A stretch of DNA of 64,000 nucleotides from an uncultured Clostridiaceae bacterium (GCA_946628065.1 CAMOWC010000003.1:35670-99669), one strand, 5' to 3'. Numbered from the stretch's first letter, positions 1 to 10,640 are shown. Numbers and translations: made by a program. Notes: generated from the sequence alone by a model not told the origin.

Positions 1-168
1 AAATAAGCTATTGGAAGTATTAATGCAAAAACAATACTTCTAATAGCTTTTTTTAGGTTCTAATATTTTTAAAATTCACATAAAATTTTTACCAAATGTT
101 TTGACTTTTGGTAATTTTTGTTGTATAATAATTAATGTCGGGAGCAATATAAGTTAAGGAGTGATGAT

Positions 169-738
169 ATGTTTAATGTTGGAGACAAAATAGTATATCC
201 AATGCATGGAGCAGGTACAATCGAGGCAATTGAAGAGAAGGATATTTTAGGAGAGAAACAAGCATATTATATACTTAAGATGCCTGGAGAAGTTAAAGCA
301 ATGGTACCAGTTTCAAAGGCAGAAGATATAGGTATAAGGAATATTATTGATAAAGAAACAGCAGGAAAGGTTATATCTGTATTAGAAGAAAATAGCACAG
401 AGATGTCTATGAACTGGAGTAAAAGATATAGAGACAATATGGAAAAAATGAAGAGTGGGGACATATACGAGATAGCAGATGTAGTAAGAAATTTGAGCTT
501 CAAACAAAAAGAAAAAGGATTATCTACAGGAGAAAAGAAAATGCTAGTAAATGCTAAACAAATTTTAGTTAGTGAATTGGTTCTAGCAGAGCATTCTTCT
601 AAAGATTACATAGAGAATTTAGTTGAAAATAAAATTAGTACATCATTTGCTGAATTCAATCCAGATATAGCAGTAAAAGGAACTCATACAGAGAATATTG
701 TAAAAAAATTTATTCCATTTAATGGAACAGAAGCATAG
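169..738 (+). CDS. CarD/CdnL-family RNA polymerase-binding transcription regulator
   Basis: N-terminus MFNVGDKIVYPMHGAGTIEAIEEKDILGEKQAYYILKMP matches the CarD_CdnL_TRCF domain pattern. GGAG RBS lies upstream. Confidence 0.85.
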   Translation: MFNVGDKIVYPMHGAGTIEAIEEKDILGEKQAYYILKMPGEVKAMVPVSKAEDIGIRNIIDKETAGKVISVLEENSTEMSMNWSKRYRDNMEKMKSGDIYEIADVVRNLSFKQKEKGLSTGEKKMLVNAKQILVSELVLAEHSSKDYIENLVENKISTSFAEFNPDIAVKGTHTENIVKKFIPFNGTEA

Positions 739-750
739 TATACTTAAATG

Positions 751-814
751 AAAATTTAGGGACGTTTCTAAAAATTATCTTTAATGATAATTTTTAGAAA
801 CGTCCCTAAATTTT
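751..814. repeat. Perfect palindrome with 29-bp arms and a 6-nt loop; copy 1 of a dispersed GGGACGxxTCTAAAAATTAT hairpin family
   Basis: AAAATTTAGGGACGTTTCTAAAAATTATC (751-779) is the exact reverse complement of 786-814. It sits just 3' of the carD-like stop. Related copies are at 31403-31450 and 41056-41109. Confidence 0.8.
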
Positions 815-906
815 CAAAAAGACTTTTTATTATGCAAACTAGTTTCCATAAGAAGGAATTAGAGCAATGTTGTCGAATATTATATAGTATAGGGAAAGGA
901 AGTAAA

Positions 907-2721
907 ATGGTTAGATATAATGAAGAATTAATTGATGAAATTAGAACTTCTAACGACATCGTTGATGTTATATCACAATATGTAACCTTAAAGAGAAGCG
1001 GTAGAAACTATTTTGGGCTTTGCCCATTTCATAGAGAGAAATCACCTTCTTTTTCTGTTTCACCGGACAAGCAAATTTTTCACTGTTTTGGATGTGGAGC
1101 AGGAGGGAATGTTATTCATTTTATTTCTAAAATAGAGGGACTTGATTTCAGAGATGCACTTGAAACTCTTGCAGAAAGAGCAGGAATAAGTTTGCCAACA
1201 GAATCAAACAGGGATGATAACAAAAGGCAAGAACTAAAAGCAAAAGTGTTCGAAATCAATGAAGAAACAGCTACTTTTTATCATGAAAATTTGTATAAAC
1301 CTACTTCAAAAGAATGCCAAAATTATGTAAAAAAACGTAAGCTAGATAACAAAACATTAAAGGCATTTAGATTAGGATATTCAAATCCTAATTACAGTGA
1401 TTTATATAATTTTTTGAAAGCAAAAGGCTTTACAGATGAGCAAATACTTGCATCAAGTTTAGTAATAAAAACTGATAAAGGAGATTTCGTTGATAGATTT
1501 AGAGGACGCTTTATGATTCCTATTCAAGATGTAAGGGGTAAAGTAATTGCTTTTGGTGGCAGGGTTCTTGACGAGTACAAACCCAAAGCTGTAAATTCAC
1601 CAGATGCTAAATACGTAAACTCCCCAGAAAATATTGTATACAGTAAAGGAAGAAATCTATTTGGCTTAAACATTGCAAAAAAATATGACACATCAAGATT
1701 ACTGATTGTAGAAGGCTACATGGATGCAATTTCTTTATACCAAAGGGGAATTACAAATGTTGTGGCATCATTAGGAACAGCACTTACAGAAAGCCAAGGA
1801 AGATTACTTAGAAAACATGCTGACCAAATAGTATTAGGTTATGACTCAGATGGAGCAGGACAAGCGGCAATAGTAAGAGGATTAGATATATTAACTAATT
1901 TAGGATGCGATGTGAGAATACTACAAATGGAAGGTGCTAAAGATCCAGATGAATACATAATAAAATTTGGCAGTGGAAGATTTTTAAAACTTATGGATGA
2001 AGCGATTTCACTTGTAGAGTACAAAGTTAAGATTTTGAAAAGTAATTCAACATTAAATTCTTCAAATGATAAAATTAAATTTTTAAACGAAATTGCTAAA
2101 ATATTAGTTCCAATAGACAACAAAATAGAACAAGAAGTATATATAGACAAAATTTCTGGAGAGTATAAAATTTCAAAAGAAGCAATTTATGCACAAATAA
2201 ACAAAATAAAATATGGAAATATAAATCCAGAAAAAACACTTACTAAAAGGCCAATAATTAAAAAAACAGAAGAAAACGCAAATATGGAATACATAAAAAA
2301 AGAAAATATGGTAATTGCTCTTTTACTAAGTCAAGGCAGCACAGTATATGACAAAATAAAAGACACAGTAAAGGTAGAAGATTTCAAGTCAAAACAGAAT
2401 AAAAAAATAATTCAAAAGATGTATGAAGAATTTGAAAAAGGAAAAAGTAATATAGAGAATATTCTTGATTTACTTGAAGATGATGAAGAATGCATAAGTC
2501 AAGTTACAGGAATAATGTCTGAAGAGCTAGAAGTGAGTGACACTGAAAAATGTGTACAAGATGTTATAAATGCTTATTCAAGAGAAAAACTAACAAACAG
2601 AAAAAATGAGATAATAAAACTGATAAAAAATCCAGAATTGCCTAAAGAAGAATCAAAAAAACTAGAAGAAGAGCTAAATGAGCTTATAATCAGGCTCGCA
2701 AAGAAAAAAATGGAGGGGTAA
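907..2721 (+). CDS. dnaG: DNA primase
   Basis: Zinc-finger region CPFHREKSPSFSVSPDKQIFHCFGCGAGGNVIHF and TOPRIM motif LIVEGYMD...GYDSDGAG. Start moved to ATG 907 (MVRYNEEL), preceded by AGGAAG. It lies upstream of sigA as in the classic operon. Confidence 0.95.
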   Translation: MVRYNEELIDEIRTSNDIVDVISQYVTLKRSGRNYFGLCPFHREKSPSFSVSPDKQIFHCFGCGAGGNVIHFISKIEGLDFRDALETLAERAGISLPTESNRDDNKRQELKAKVFEINEETATFYHENLYKPTSKECQNYVKKRKLDNKTLKAFRLGYSNPNYSDLYNFLKAKGFTDEQILASSLVIKTDKGDFVDRFRGRFMIPIQDVRGKVIAFGGRVLDEYKPKAVNSPDAKYVNSPENIVYSKGRNLFGLNIAKKYDTSRLLIVEGYMDAISLYQRGITNVVASLGTALTESQGRLLRKHADQIVLGYDSDGAGQAAIVRGLDILTNLGCDVRILQMEGAKDPDEYIIKFGSGRFLKLMDEAISLVEYKVKILKSNSTLNSSNDKIKFLNEIAKILVPIDNKIEQEVYIDKISGEYKISKEAIYAQINKIKYGNINPEKTLTKRPIIKKTEENANMEYIKKENMVIALLLSQGSTVYDKIKDTVKVEDFKSKQNKKIIQKMYEEFEKGKSNIENILDLLEDDEECISQVTGIMSEELEVSDTEKCVQDVINAYSREKLTNRKNEIIKLIKNPELPKEESKKLEEELNELIIRLAKKKMEG

Positions 2722-2724
2722 AAA

Positions 2725-4467
2725 GTGGGAAAAGAAAAAACTGAAAAAGAATTAAAAGCTAAAAAAACGAAAAAAGAAGCTAAGACAAAAAAAGAAACAA
2801 AGATAGAAAAAACAGGTAAGCTAGAAAAAAATGCAAAAAAAGAAGATAAGAAAACAGAAAAGAAAGTCGAAGTAAAAAAAGAACAGCCTAAAAAAAGTGA
2901 AAACAAAACGAAAGATACAAATAAAAACATACAAGAAAAAAAGAAAAAAGAAGCCAAAACTATAGCCCCTACAGAAAATGCACCTAAAAAAGAATTAGCC
3001 CAAAAAGCAAAACCAGAAAAAGAAGTAGAAGGAAAGAAAAATAACAAAAAAGAAAACAAGACTAAAGTAGAAGAAAAGGCAGTTGAGGAAAAGAAGCCTG
3101 CTAAGGAAAGCAAAACCAAAAATGAAACTAAAGTAGAACCAGTAGAAGAAGAAAAAAAGCCAAATAAGAAAGATACAATAAAAACAAAAAATGAAACTAA
3201 AAAAGAACCAATAACAGAAGAAGAGAAAAAAACAGCTAAAAAAAGTAAAACAAAAACAGAAAATGAAGAAGTAGAAGAAGCTGGAGAAGCCAAGAAAGAA
3301 GCAAAAGGTGAAACAGCTGAAAAACAAAATAATAGAGATTTAGTTTCTAACAATAAAGGTGAAGAGCAAGAAGAAAGCGATGACCAAACTTCAGAAGCGG
3401 ATAAAGTAAAGAATATTTTAAAGAAAGCAAAAGAAAAGGGAAAAATTACTTATGGCGAACTTGCAAGTGAACTCGGAGATATAAACCCTGACCAAATAGA
3501 TAAAGTTTTTGATGCATTCGAAGAAATAGGTGTTGATGTACTAAAAGATGACGACATAGAAGAGCCAGATATAGAGGATTTAGAAGAGGTTGAAGACATC
3601 AGAATAGAAGACTTAGATGTATTAAACTTTGATGGAATAAACCTTGATGACCCTGTAAGAATGTACCTAAGAGAGATAGGTAGAATTCCTTTGCTTACTT
3701 ATGATGAAGAACTTGAGCTTTCTCAAAGAATGTTAGATGGAGATGAAGAAGCTAAACAAAAACTAGCTGAATCTAACCTAAGACTTGTAGTAAGTATAGC
3801 AAAAAAATATGTAGGCAGAGGAATGCTGTTTTTAGACTTAATACAAGAAGGAAATATGGGCCTTATAAAAGCAGTTGAAAAATTTGATTATACAAAAGGA
3901 TTTAAGTTCAGTACTTATGCTACATGGTGGATTAGACAAGCTATTACAAGGGCCATAGCAGACCAAGCAAGGACTATACGTATACCTGTTCACATGGTAG
4001 AAACTATAAACAAGTTAATAAGAACATCTAGACACTTATTGCAACAAATGGGAAGAGAACCAACGCCAGAAGAACTTGCAGCAGAACTTGAAATGCCAGT
4101 TGAAAAGGTAATGGAAATACAAAAAATAGCACAAGACCCGGTATCTCTAGAAACACCAATAGGTGAAGAAGATGACAGCCACTTAGGCGACTTTATAAAA
4201 GACGAAGATAGTCCAGCACCACAAGATTCAGCAGCATATACAATGCTTAAAGAACAACTAGAAGAAGTAATGAATACTTTGACTCCAAGAGAAGCAAAAG
4301 TACTAAAATTAAGATTTGGACTAGAAGATGGTAAAGCACGCACCTTAGAAGAGGTTGGTAGAGAATTTATGGTAACAAGAGAAAGAATTAGACAAATAGA
4401 AGCAAAAGCGCTGCGCAAGTTAAGACACCCAAGCAGAAGCAAAAAATTAAGAGATTACATGAATTAA
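2725..4467 (+). CDS. sigA: Primary sigma factor SigA/RpoD with a roughly 210-aa Lys/Glu-rich N-terminal extension
   Basis: Regions 1.2-4 are recognisable ([61 protein letters not shown]). GTG start. The N-terminal third is K/E low complexity. Confidence 0.95.
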   Translation: MGKEKTEKELKAKKTKKEAKTKKETKIEKTGKLEKNAKKEDKKTEKKVEVKKEQPKKSENKTKDTNKNIQEKKKKEAKTIAPTENAPKKELAQKAKPEKEVEGKKNNKKENKTKVEEKAVEEKKPAKESKTKNETKVEPVEEEKKPNKKDTIKTKNETKKEPITEEEKKTAKKSKTKTENEEVEEAGEAKKEAKGETAEKQNNRDLVSNNKGEEQEESDDQTSEADKVKNILKKAKEKGKITYGELASELGDINPDQIDKVFDAFEEIGVDVLKDDDIEEPDIEDLEEVEDIRIEDLDVLNFDGINLDDPVRMYLREIGRIPLLTYDEELELSQRMLDGDEEAKQKLAESNLRLVVSIAKKYVGRGMLFLDLIQEGNMGLIKAVEKFDYTKGFKFSTYATWWIRQAITRAIADQARTIRIPVHMVETINKLIRTSRHLLQQMGREPTPEELAAELEMPVEKVMEIQKIAQDPVSLETPIGEEDDSHLGDFIKDEDSPAPQDSAAYTMLKEQLEEVMNTLTPREAKVLKLRFGLEDGKARTLEEVGREFMVTRERIRQIEAKALRKLRHPSRSKKLRDYMN

Positions 4468-4480
4468 ATAAAGTATAAAA

Positions 4481-4510
4481 AAGGCTACTTAAAAAAGTAG
4501 CCTTTTTTTT
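4481..4510. terminator. Rho-independent terminator after sigA
   Basis: AAGGCTACTT-aaaa-AAGTAGCCTT followed by a T8 run. Confidence 0.85.
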
Positions 4511-4610
4511 ATGTTTATTAAAAACTAAAGAGATAGTAAAGAGATAAATATTAAAATAGCGTATCTCAATTTGCTTGAAATACGCTATTTTTAAGGTTTT
4601 TATAAAATAT

Positions 4611-4687
4611 TGGTAGCGAAGATGTGATTCGAACACATGACCTGTCGGGTATGAACCGAATGCTCTAGCCAACTGAGCTACTTCGCC
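4611..4687 (-). tRNA. tRNA-Met (anticodon CAT), elongator-like, CCA encoded
   Basis: The reverse complement GGCGAAGTAGCTCAGTTGGCTAGAGCATTCGGTTCATACCCGACAGGTCATGTGTTCGAATCACATCTTCGCTACCA folds as a cloverleaf. T-loop is TTCGAAT, the anticodon loop is TTCATAC, and the T-stem is perfect. Confidence 0.9.
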
Positions 4688-4752
4688 ATAAAAGACATGT
4701 ATTATTATATTAGCTTTTATATGTTTTGTCAATAAAAATAAAAAAAAATTTA

Positions 4753-4786
4753 ATATATGCAGGTAAGACTAATTACCTGCATATAT
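4753..4786. terminator. Bidirectional terminator hairpin
   Basis: ATATATGCAGGTAA-gactaa-TTACCTGCATATAT, flanked by an A-run on the 5' side and a T-run on the 3' side. Confidence 0.75.
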
Positions 4787-4789
4787 TTT

Positions 4790-5098
4790 TTATCTTTCCA
4801 TTTCTTCTTCTTCTCGATGGGATTCTTCTTTATGTTTGCTATTTTGTGGTTTAGGAGGTTCTTCTACTTTGGCTACAATGTTAGAGCCACTTCCGCCTTT
4901 TTTTGAATCACTACCACTTAAGCTATCCTCTAAGTCAGTAATTCTTTTAGACTTTTTATTTAATTCTTCTAATGTTTTAGCGTCAGCACTATTAATTTCA
5001 ATATCATCGCCGTCTTGACGCGTACCTAACGCACTAAAAAAATCTTTTAAAAAACTCATATTAATATTATTACCATTATAAAATGATAATATGTTCAC
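4790..5098 (-). CDS. Hypothetical small acidic protein; start uncertain
   Basis: ORF only. Sequence MSFLKDFFSALG...KKGGSGSN...EEEEMER. No family recognised and no clear RBS for the internal ATG. Confidence 0.4.
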   Translation of the reverse strand: MNILSFYNGNNINMSFLKDFFSALGTRQDGDDIEINSADAKTLEELNKKSKRITDLEDSLSGSDSKKGGSGSNIVAKVEEPPKPQNSKHKEESHREEEEMER

Positions 5099-5178
5099 CC
5101 CTTTATAAAATAATACAATACTATATCTATTTTACCAGAAAAAAGCTGAAAAATCAAGACCCTCAAAGAAATATTATG

Positions 5179-5385
5179 TTAATTTTCTGAGTTTTCAACA
5201 TCCTCTTCATTAGTATAATTTTTATTGGTATTATCTTTTACTTCAGGTATTACGATATTTTTTTTGTAATTTTCCTCTTTTGATTTAGGCTTCATAGCAA
5301 TAAGATGCTCTCCAACTGGAGAAATGTCAATTTCTGTACCATCTCCTGATACAACTTCTATTTCTTTTCTTTCTTCTTCGCTCAT
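5179..5385 (-). CDS. Hypothetical small acidic protein
   Basis: ORF with a GGAGGG RBS 8 nt upstream of ATG 5385 (MSEEERKEIEVVSGDG...). No family recognised. Confidence 0.45.
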   Translation of the reverse strand: MSEEERKEIEVVSGDGTEIDISPVGEHLIAMKPKSKEENYKKNIVIPEVKDNTNKNYTNEEDVENSEN

Positions 5386-5511
5386 ATTTAAGCCCTCCAA
5401 TCATTATAAAAATATAATAACATATAATTACGGAAAAAACAAGGGAATTCTTGACACTTTGCAAAATAAATGGCATAATATTACATAGAAAAAATGGGAG
5501 ATTTATAAGCT

Positions 5512-6156
5512 ATGGAAAAAGAAAATAAAAAGGCGATAATTGAAGCAATATTATTTGCAAGTGGTAGAGATGTAAAGATATCAGAAATTGTATCAATTTT
5601 AGATATAGAAGCAAAAGATGTACAAGCAATAGTGGAAGCTCTTAAAGCAGAATACGAACTCCAAAACAGAGGATTTGAGATAATTAAAGTAGGAGAAGGC
5701 TATCAAATGATAACAAAAAAAGACTATTATGATTATCTATATCATATATTTGATAACAGAGCAAAGCCAAGCCTATCTGCTGCTGCAATGGAAACTTTGT
5801 CCATAATTGCATATAACCCCAAGATCACAAGGGCAGAGATTGAAACCATACGTGGCGTAGCATCTGACTCTTCTGTTTATAAACTATTAGAGTATGGATT
5901 AATAGAAGAAGCAGAAAAACTAGACTTGCCTGGAAGACCAAGAGCATATAAAACTACAAATGAGTTTTTAAAGATGTTTGGAATTTCTTCGCTAGATGAA
6001 CTACCCGAACTTCCAAGATATAAAATAGATGAAAATGAACAAATTGTAATAGATGACTTGCCTCAGAATGAAGAAAACAATGTTGCAGTAAATGAGGCTG
6101 GAGAAAATATAGAAGAAAGTATAGAAGGAGAGAGTACACAAAATGAGCGACAATAA
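5512..6156 (+). CDS. scpB: Segregation and condensation protein B
   Basis: [19 protein letters not shown]...[29 protein letters not shown] is the typical ScpB winged-helix pair. A TTGACA-17-CATAAT promoter lies near 5452. No scpA is adjacent. Confidence 0.9.
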   Translation: MEKENKKAIIEAILFASGRDVKISEIVSILDIEAKDVQAIVEALKAEYELQNRGFEIIKVGEGYQMITKKDYYDYLYHIFDNRAKPSLSAAAMETLSIIAYNPKITRAEIETIRGVASDSSVYKLLEYGLIEEAEKLDLPGRPRAYKTTNEFLKMFGISSLDELPELPRYKIDENEQIVIDDLPQNEENNVAVNEAGENIEESIEGESTQNERQ

Positions 6157-7582
6157 AGAATTTGTAAAAGATATTACTAATATTGAAGAAGATTTTGCTA
6201 AGTGGTATACAGACATAGTTTTAAAAGCGGATTTAGCAGATTACACTGACACAAAAGGATGCATTGCAATAAAACCATATGGTTATGCGATATGGGAAAA
6301 CATTCAAAAATACACAGACGAGAAATTCAAAAAAGCTGGAGTAAAAAATGTTTATATGCCAGTTTTAATACCAGAAGGATTACTGCAAAAAGAAAAAGAT
6401 CATGTAGAGGGATTTGCACCAGAAGTTGCATGGGTAACAATTGGTGGAGGAGAAGAACTAGAAGAGAGACTTTGCATAAGGCCTACTTCAGAGACTATGT
6501 TCTCAACACTTTATTCAAAATGGCTAAAATCATGGAGAGATTTGCCATTGGTATATAACCAATGGTGTAATGTGTTAAGATGGGAAAAAGAAACTAGACC
6601 ATTCCTAAGATCAAGAGAATTCTTATGGCAAGAAGGACACACAATACATGCAACAAGTAAAGAAGCCGAAGAAAGAACAATGCAGATGTTAAATATTTAC
6701 CAAGAAGTAATAGAAGAACTTCTTGCAATACCTGTATTAAAAGGAAGAAAAACACCAAAAGAGCAATTCGCTGGGGCTGAAGCAACATATACTGTTGAAA
6801 CACTAATGCATGATGGACGAGCACTTCAGGCTGGAACTTCACATTATTTTGGACAAAATTTCACAAAACCATTTGACATCAAATTCCAAAATAAAGATGG
6901 AAAAGAAGAATATGCTTATCAAACATCATGGGGAATAAGCACAAGGTTAATTGGTGCAGTTATTATGGCACATGGAGACAACAGAGGCCTAAAATTACCA
7001 CCAAGAGTTGCACCAATTCAAATTGTAATTGTTCCAGTTGCATTACACAAAGATGGTGTTTTAGAAAAAGCACAAGAAATATATGATGGACTGAAAAATG
7101 CATACAGAGTAGAACTAGATGACAGAGACAATTATTCAAATGGCTACAAATTCAATGATTGGGAAATGAGAGGTGTTCCAATAAGACTTGAAATAGGACC
7201 AAGAGATATTGAAAATGGTGTTGCTGTATTAGTAAGAAGAGATACAGGAGAAAAAATAACTGCGAAGTTAGAAACCATTAAAGAGGAAATTGGCAAACTG
7301 TTAGAGGACATCCAGCTAAATATGTTTAATGAATGCAAAAATAGAAATACAGAAAGAACAAGTGTGGCTAAAGATTTAGATGAGTTTGAAAAAATAATTA
7401 ATGAAAAACAGGGATATATTAAAGCAATGTGGTGTGGAGACGAAGAATGTGAAAATAGAATTAAAGAAGTTACAGGAGCACATTCAAGATGTATCCCATT
7501 TGAACAAGAACATATTTCAGACACATGTGTAGTTTGCGGGAAAAAAGCTGATAAACTCGTAGTTTGGGGAAGACAATATTAA
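6143..7582 (+). CDS. proS: Proline--tRNA ligase, short archaeal/eukaryote-like type without the INS editing domain
   Basis: 479 aa with [14 protein letters not shown]..., class II motifs and a C-terminal Cys cluster. Overlaps scpB by 14 nt. Confidence 0.93.
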   Translation: MSDNKEFVKDITNIEEDFAKWYTDIVLKADLADYTDTKGCIAIKPYGYAIWENIQKYTDEKFKKAGVKNVYMPVLIPEGLLQKEKDHVEGFAPEVAWVTIGGGEELEERLCIRPTSETMFSTLYSKWLKSWRDLPLVYNQWCNVLRWEKETRPFLRSREFLWQEGHTIHATSKEAEERTMQMLNIYQEVIEELLAIPVLKGRKTPKEQFAGAEATYTVETLMHDGRALQAGTSHYFGQNFTKPFDIKFQNKDGKEEYAYQTSWGISTRLIGAVIMAHGDNRGLKLPPRVAPIQIVIVPVALHKDGVLEKAQEIYDGLKNAYRVELDDRDNYSNGYKFNDWEMRGVPIRLEIGPRDIENGVAVLVRRDTGEKITAKLETIKEEIGKLLEDIQLNMFNECKNRNTERTSVAKDLDEFEKIINEKQGYIKAMWCGDEECENRIKEVTGAHSRCIPFEQEHISDTCVVCGKKADKLVVWGRQY

Positions 7583-7601
7583 TAAATTTGGAGGAATAAA
7601 A

Positions 7602-9356
7602 ATGCACGAATATAGAACTCATAATTGTGGAGAGCTCACAAAAGCAAACATAGGAGAAATCGTTCGCCTTTCTGGGTGGATCCAAAGAATCCGTAACCTA
7701 GGAGGTATGAAATTTATAGATTTAAGAGACGAATTTGGCATAACCCAAATAGTTATTTCTGAACAAGAAGAGCTACAAGAAATAGCAAAAAATCTAACAA
7801 CAGAATGTACTATTAGGGTTGATGGAAAAGTTGTTGAAAGGCAAAGCAAAAACGACAAAATCAAAACTGGAGACATAGAAATAATTGCAAGTGATATAAC
7901 TATTTTAGGTAAATGCAAAAATGTTCTTCCATTTGGAATAAATAGCAGTGAGCAGGCAGAAGTAAGAGAAGATTTAAGACTTGAGTACAGATTTTTAGAT
8001 TTAAGAAATGAAAAAATACATAATAATATTTTATTAAGGTCTAAGATTTTACAAACACTAAGAAGCGAAATGGTAAATTTAGATTTTACTGAAATCCAAA
8101 CACCAATACTTGCAAATTCTTCTCCAGAGGGGGCAAGAGATTTCCTAGTACCAAGTAGATTACATCCAGGAGAGTTTTATGCACTTCCACAGGCTCCTCA
8201 GCAGTTTAAACAGCTTTTAATGGTTTCAGGATTTAACAAATATTTTCAAATTGCACCATGCTTTAGAGATGAAGACCCACGAGCTGACAGAAGCCCAGGA
8301 GAATTCTACCAACTAGACTTCGAGATGAGCTTTGCAACTCAAGAAGATGTGCTAGAAATACTAAAAAAAGTTGTATTAAACACATTTAAAGCACATGCAA
8401 AAGGACATGTAGAAGATGAAGTTTTAAGAATACCATATAAAGAAGCAATGGAAAAATACGGCAGTGATAAACCAGATCTTAGGAACCCATTGATTATAAC
8501 TGATGTTACAGAAGTGTTTGACAATTTAGATTTCCAAGCATTTAAGGGGAAAACTGTAAAAGCAATTGCAATACCTAAAGGGGCTAATCAAGGAAGAAAA
8601 TTCTATGACAGGCTAGGAGAATATGCAAAAGAAGAATTAGGAGCAAAGGGACTTGCCTGGATAAAAATAGAAGAAGAGTTAACAGGTTCAATTTCTAAAT
8701 TTATAGATGAGCCTGCAAAACAAAAGCTATTAGGTATTTCTAATGCAAAACCAGGTGATGCAATTTGCTTTATAGCTGATGAAAAAGAAGCTGCATGCAA
8801 AATTGCTGGAGGACTGAGAATAGAACTTGGAAGAAGCCTAGATTTAATAGAAAAAAATGTATATAAATTTTGCTTTATCGTTGATTTCCCAATGTATGAA
8901 CTATCAGACGAAGGCACTATAGACTTTAACCATAATCCATTTTCAATGCCACAAGGTGGTATGGAAGCACTTCTTACTAAAGACCCATTAGATATCTTAG
9001 CATATCAATATGACATGGTATGCAATGGATATGAATTAGCATCAGGAGCAGTAAGAAACCATGACCAAGAGGTAATGATAAAAGCATTTGAAATAGCTGG
9101 CTATACAGAAGAAGATGTTAAGAAAAAATTTGGTGCACTATATAATGCATTTTCTTATGGAACACCACCACATGCAGGGGCAGCGCCGGGAGTAGACAGA
9201 ATGGTAATGCTTATAGCTGGAGAAGATAATATAAGAGAAGTTATAGCATTTCCAAAAAATAAAAAAGCACGAGACCTAATGATGAACGCGCCATCCGTAG
9301 TAGCTGAAAAACAATTAGAAGATGTACATATAAAGGTAGAATTACCAAAAGACTAA
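7602..9356 (+). CDS. aspS: Aspartate--tRNA ligase
   Basis: MHEYRTHNCGELT...GWIQRIRNLGGMKFIDLRDEFGITQ (OB fold), QSPQ-like QAPQQFKQLLM, and FRDEDPRADRSPGEFYQLD. Confidence 0.95.
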   Translation: MHEYRTHNCGELTKANIGEIVRLSGWIQRIRNLGGMKFIDLRDEFGITQIVISEQEELQEIAKNLTTECTIRVDGKVVERQSKNDKIKTGDIEIIASDITILGKCKNVLPFGINSSEQAEVREDLRLEYRFLDLRNEKIHNNILLRSKILQTLRSEMVNLDFTEIQTPILANSSPEGARDFLVPSRLHPGEFYALPQAPQQFKQLLMVSGFNKYFQIAPCFRDEDPRADRSPGEFYQLDFEMSFATQEDVLEILKKVVLNTFKAHAKGHVEDEVLRIPYKEAMEKYGSDKPDLRNPLIITDVTEVFDNLDFQAFKGKTVKAIAIPKGANQGRKFYDRLGEYAKEELGAKGLAWIKIEEELTGSISKFIDEPAKQKLLGISNAKPGDAICFIADEKEAACKIAGGLRIELGRSLDLIEKNVYKFCFIVDFPMYELSDEGTIDFNHNPFSMPQGGMEALLTKDPLDILAYQYDMVCNGYELASGAVRNHDQEVMIKAFEIAGYTEEDVKKKFGALYNAFSYGTPPHAGAAPGVDRMVMLIAGEDNIREVIAFPKNKKARDLMMNAPSVVAEKQLEDVHIKVELPKD

Positions 9357-9373
9357 AGAAAAGAGGTAAAACT

Positions 9374-10501
9374 ATGAGATCTCAAAAAGGTATTACATTG
9401 CTTAGTGTTATTGTTTATGTTGTTGCACTAGTTATTGTAGCAGGAACTGTTACAAGTATAACAGCTTTTTTCTATTCTAATACCGACGATATAAGCAAAA
9501 CTGCAAACAGCTTAGGAGAGTTTAACAAATTTAACTTAGAAATGGTTAGCGAAACAAAGCAACCAGGCAATAGAATTTCATACATACAAGATGATGGAAA
9601 AAGAATAATTTTTACATCGGGAAGCTCATTTACGTTCCAAGATAACGGAATATATAAAGATAGAGTAAAAATATGTACTGAAATTACTAACTGCCAGTTC
9701 AAGCAAACAGTTAAAGAAGAAAAGGTAATTTTAGTAGTATTATTTGAGATGGACGGATTTGCAAAAACGATAGAATATGTGATGGACAATATAGCACCAG
9801 TCAATACAAACATCGAGGAAAACTATACACAGATATCAGAAGAAAAATATATACAAGATGGACTACAATTGCACTATGATGCGATAAATAACACTGGAGA
9901 CGGACATAGTAGTACAACTACTACATGGAGAGACTTAAGTAAAAACCATAATGATGGAATATTAAGCAATGTAACATGGGATGAAAAAAGTGCAGTATTT
10001 AATGGAACTTCATCTTGGGTGAATTGTGGAATACAAAATAGTGATTACCAGACATTAGTTACCACATTTTCTTTAACATCTATAGGATCAACTTATACAG
10101 TACTTATAGGTAATTATGAAACAAGTGGTGGAGCCATTTATGTGAATACAGGCAGAAAACTTGGAGGAGAGTTTTTTGTAGACGGAAGTTATCGAACAGC
10201 AACATCAAACATTACAATAAATATTGGAGAGATACATCAAGCAGTTGCAATGTATGACGGAAAAAAAGTGCAGGTATATTTAGATGGAGAAAAAATACAG
10301 GAAGCAACGTATTTGTATGGCACTATTGAGCCAGCAGCAAATTCAACAGTAATGGCATTAGGAACAAATCCAAATGGAAATCAAGCAAGTACAAATTTTT
10401 TATCAGGTAAGATTTATTCTGCTGCTGTTTATGATAGAGCACTAACAGATGAGGAAATATTGCACAATTTTCAAATAGATAAAGATAAATACGGCATTTA
10501 A
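9374..10501 (+). CDS. Pilin-like protein (prepilin-type hydrophobic N-terminus) fused to a LamG/concanavalin-like jelly-roll domain
   Basis: N-terminus MRSQKGITLLSVIVYVVALVIVAG resembles the pilins at 24216 and 25177. C-terminus WRDLSKNHNDGIL...GKIYSAAVYDRALTDEEILHNF is a typical Laminin_G_3 signature. Confidence 0.7.
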   Translation: MRSQKGITLLSVIVYVVALVIVAGTVTSITAFFYSNTDDISKTANSLGEFNKFNLEMVSETKQPGNRISYIQDDGKRIIFTSGSSFTFQDNGIYKDRVKICTEITNCQFKQTVKEEKVILVVLFEMDGFAKTIEYVMDNIAPVNTNIEENYTQISEEKYIQDGLQLHYDAINNTGDGHSSTTTTWRDLSKNHNDGILSNVTWDEKSAVFNGTSSWVNCGIQNSDYQTLVTTFSLTSIGSTYTVLIGNYETSGGAIYVNTGRKLGGEFFVDGSYRTATSNITINIGEIHQAVAMYDGKKVQVYLDGEKIQEATYLYGTIEPAANSTVMALGTNPNGNQASTNFLSGKIYSAAVYDRALTDEEILHNFQIDKDKYGI

Positions 10502-10523
10502 TGATAAATAAAAGGGGAAAAAT

Positions 10524-10640
10524 ATGGAAGAAGAAAATGTTGAAGATAAAAAGAAAAAGCTAATTGGAATACTAGATTTAGTAGGTATAATACTATCTAC
10601 TGCAATTGGACTTATAGTAAAAAATTTATTTTTTAATTAA
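10524..10640 (+). CDS. Hypothetical 38-aa single-pass membrane peptide
   Basis: MEEENVEDKKKKLIGILDLVGIILSTAIGLIVKNLFFN. A GGGG RBS lies upstream and a strong terminator follows directly. Confidence 0.4.
   Translation: MEEENVEDKKKKLIGILDLVGIILSTAIGLIVKNLFFN

Noticed and set aside
2574-3353. Long minus-strand ORFs (259 aa and 110 aa, F/S-rich) opposite the 5' part of sigA.
   Set aside because: They are antisense read-through of the purine-rich K/E-coding tract. They are low complexity, have no RBS, and are fully overlapped by a well-supported gene.
6259-6558. An alternative-frame 99-aa plus-strand ORF inside proS, and similar internal ORFs such as 18534-18941 minus opposite rplT and 47996-48187 minus.
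   Set aside because: They are embedded in or opposite strongly supported genes, or lie in AT-rich intergenic DNA. None has an RBS or a recognisable family.
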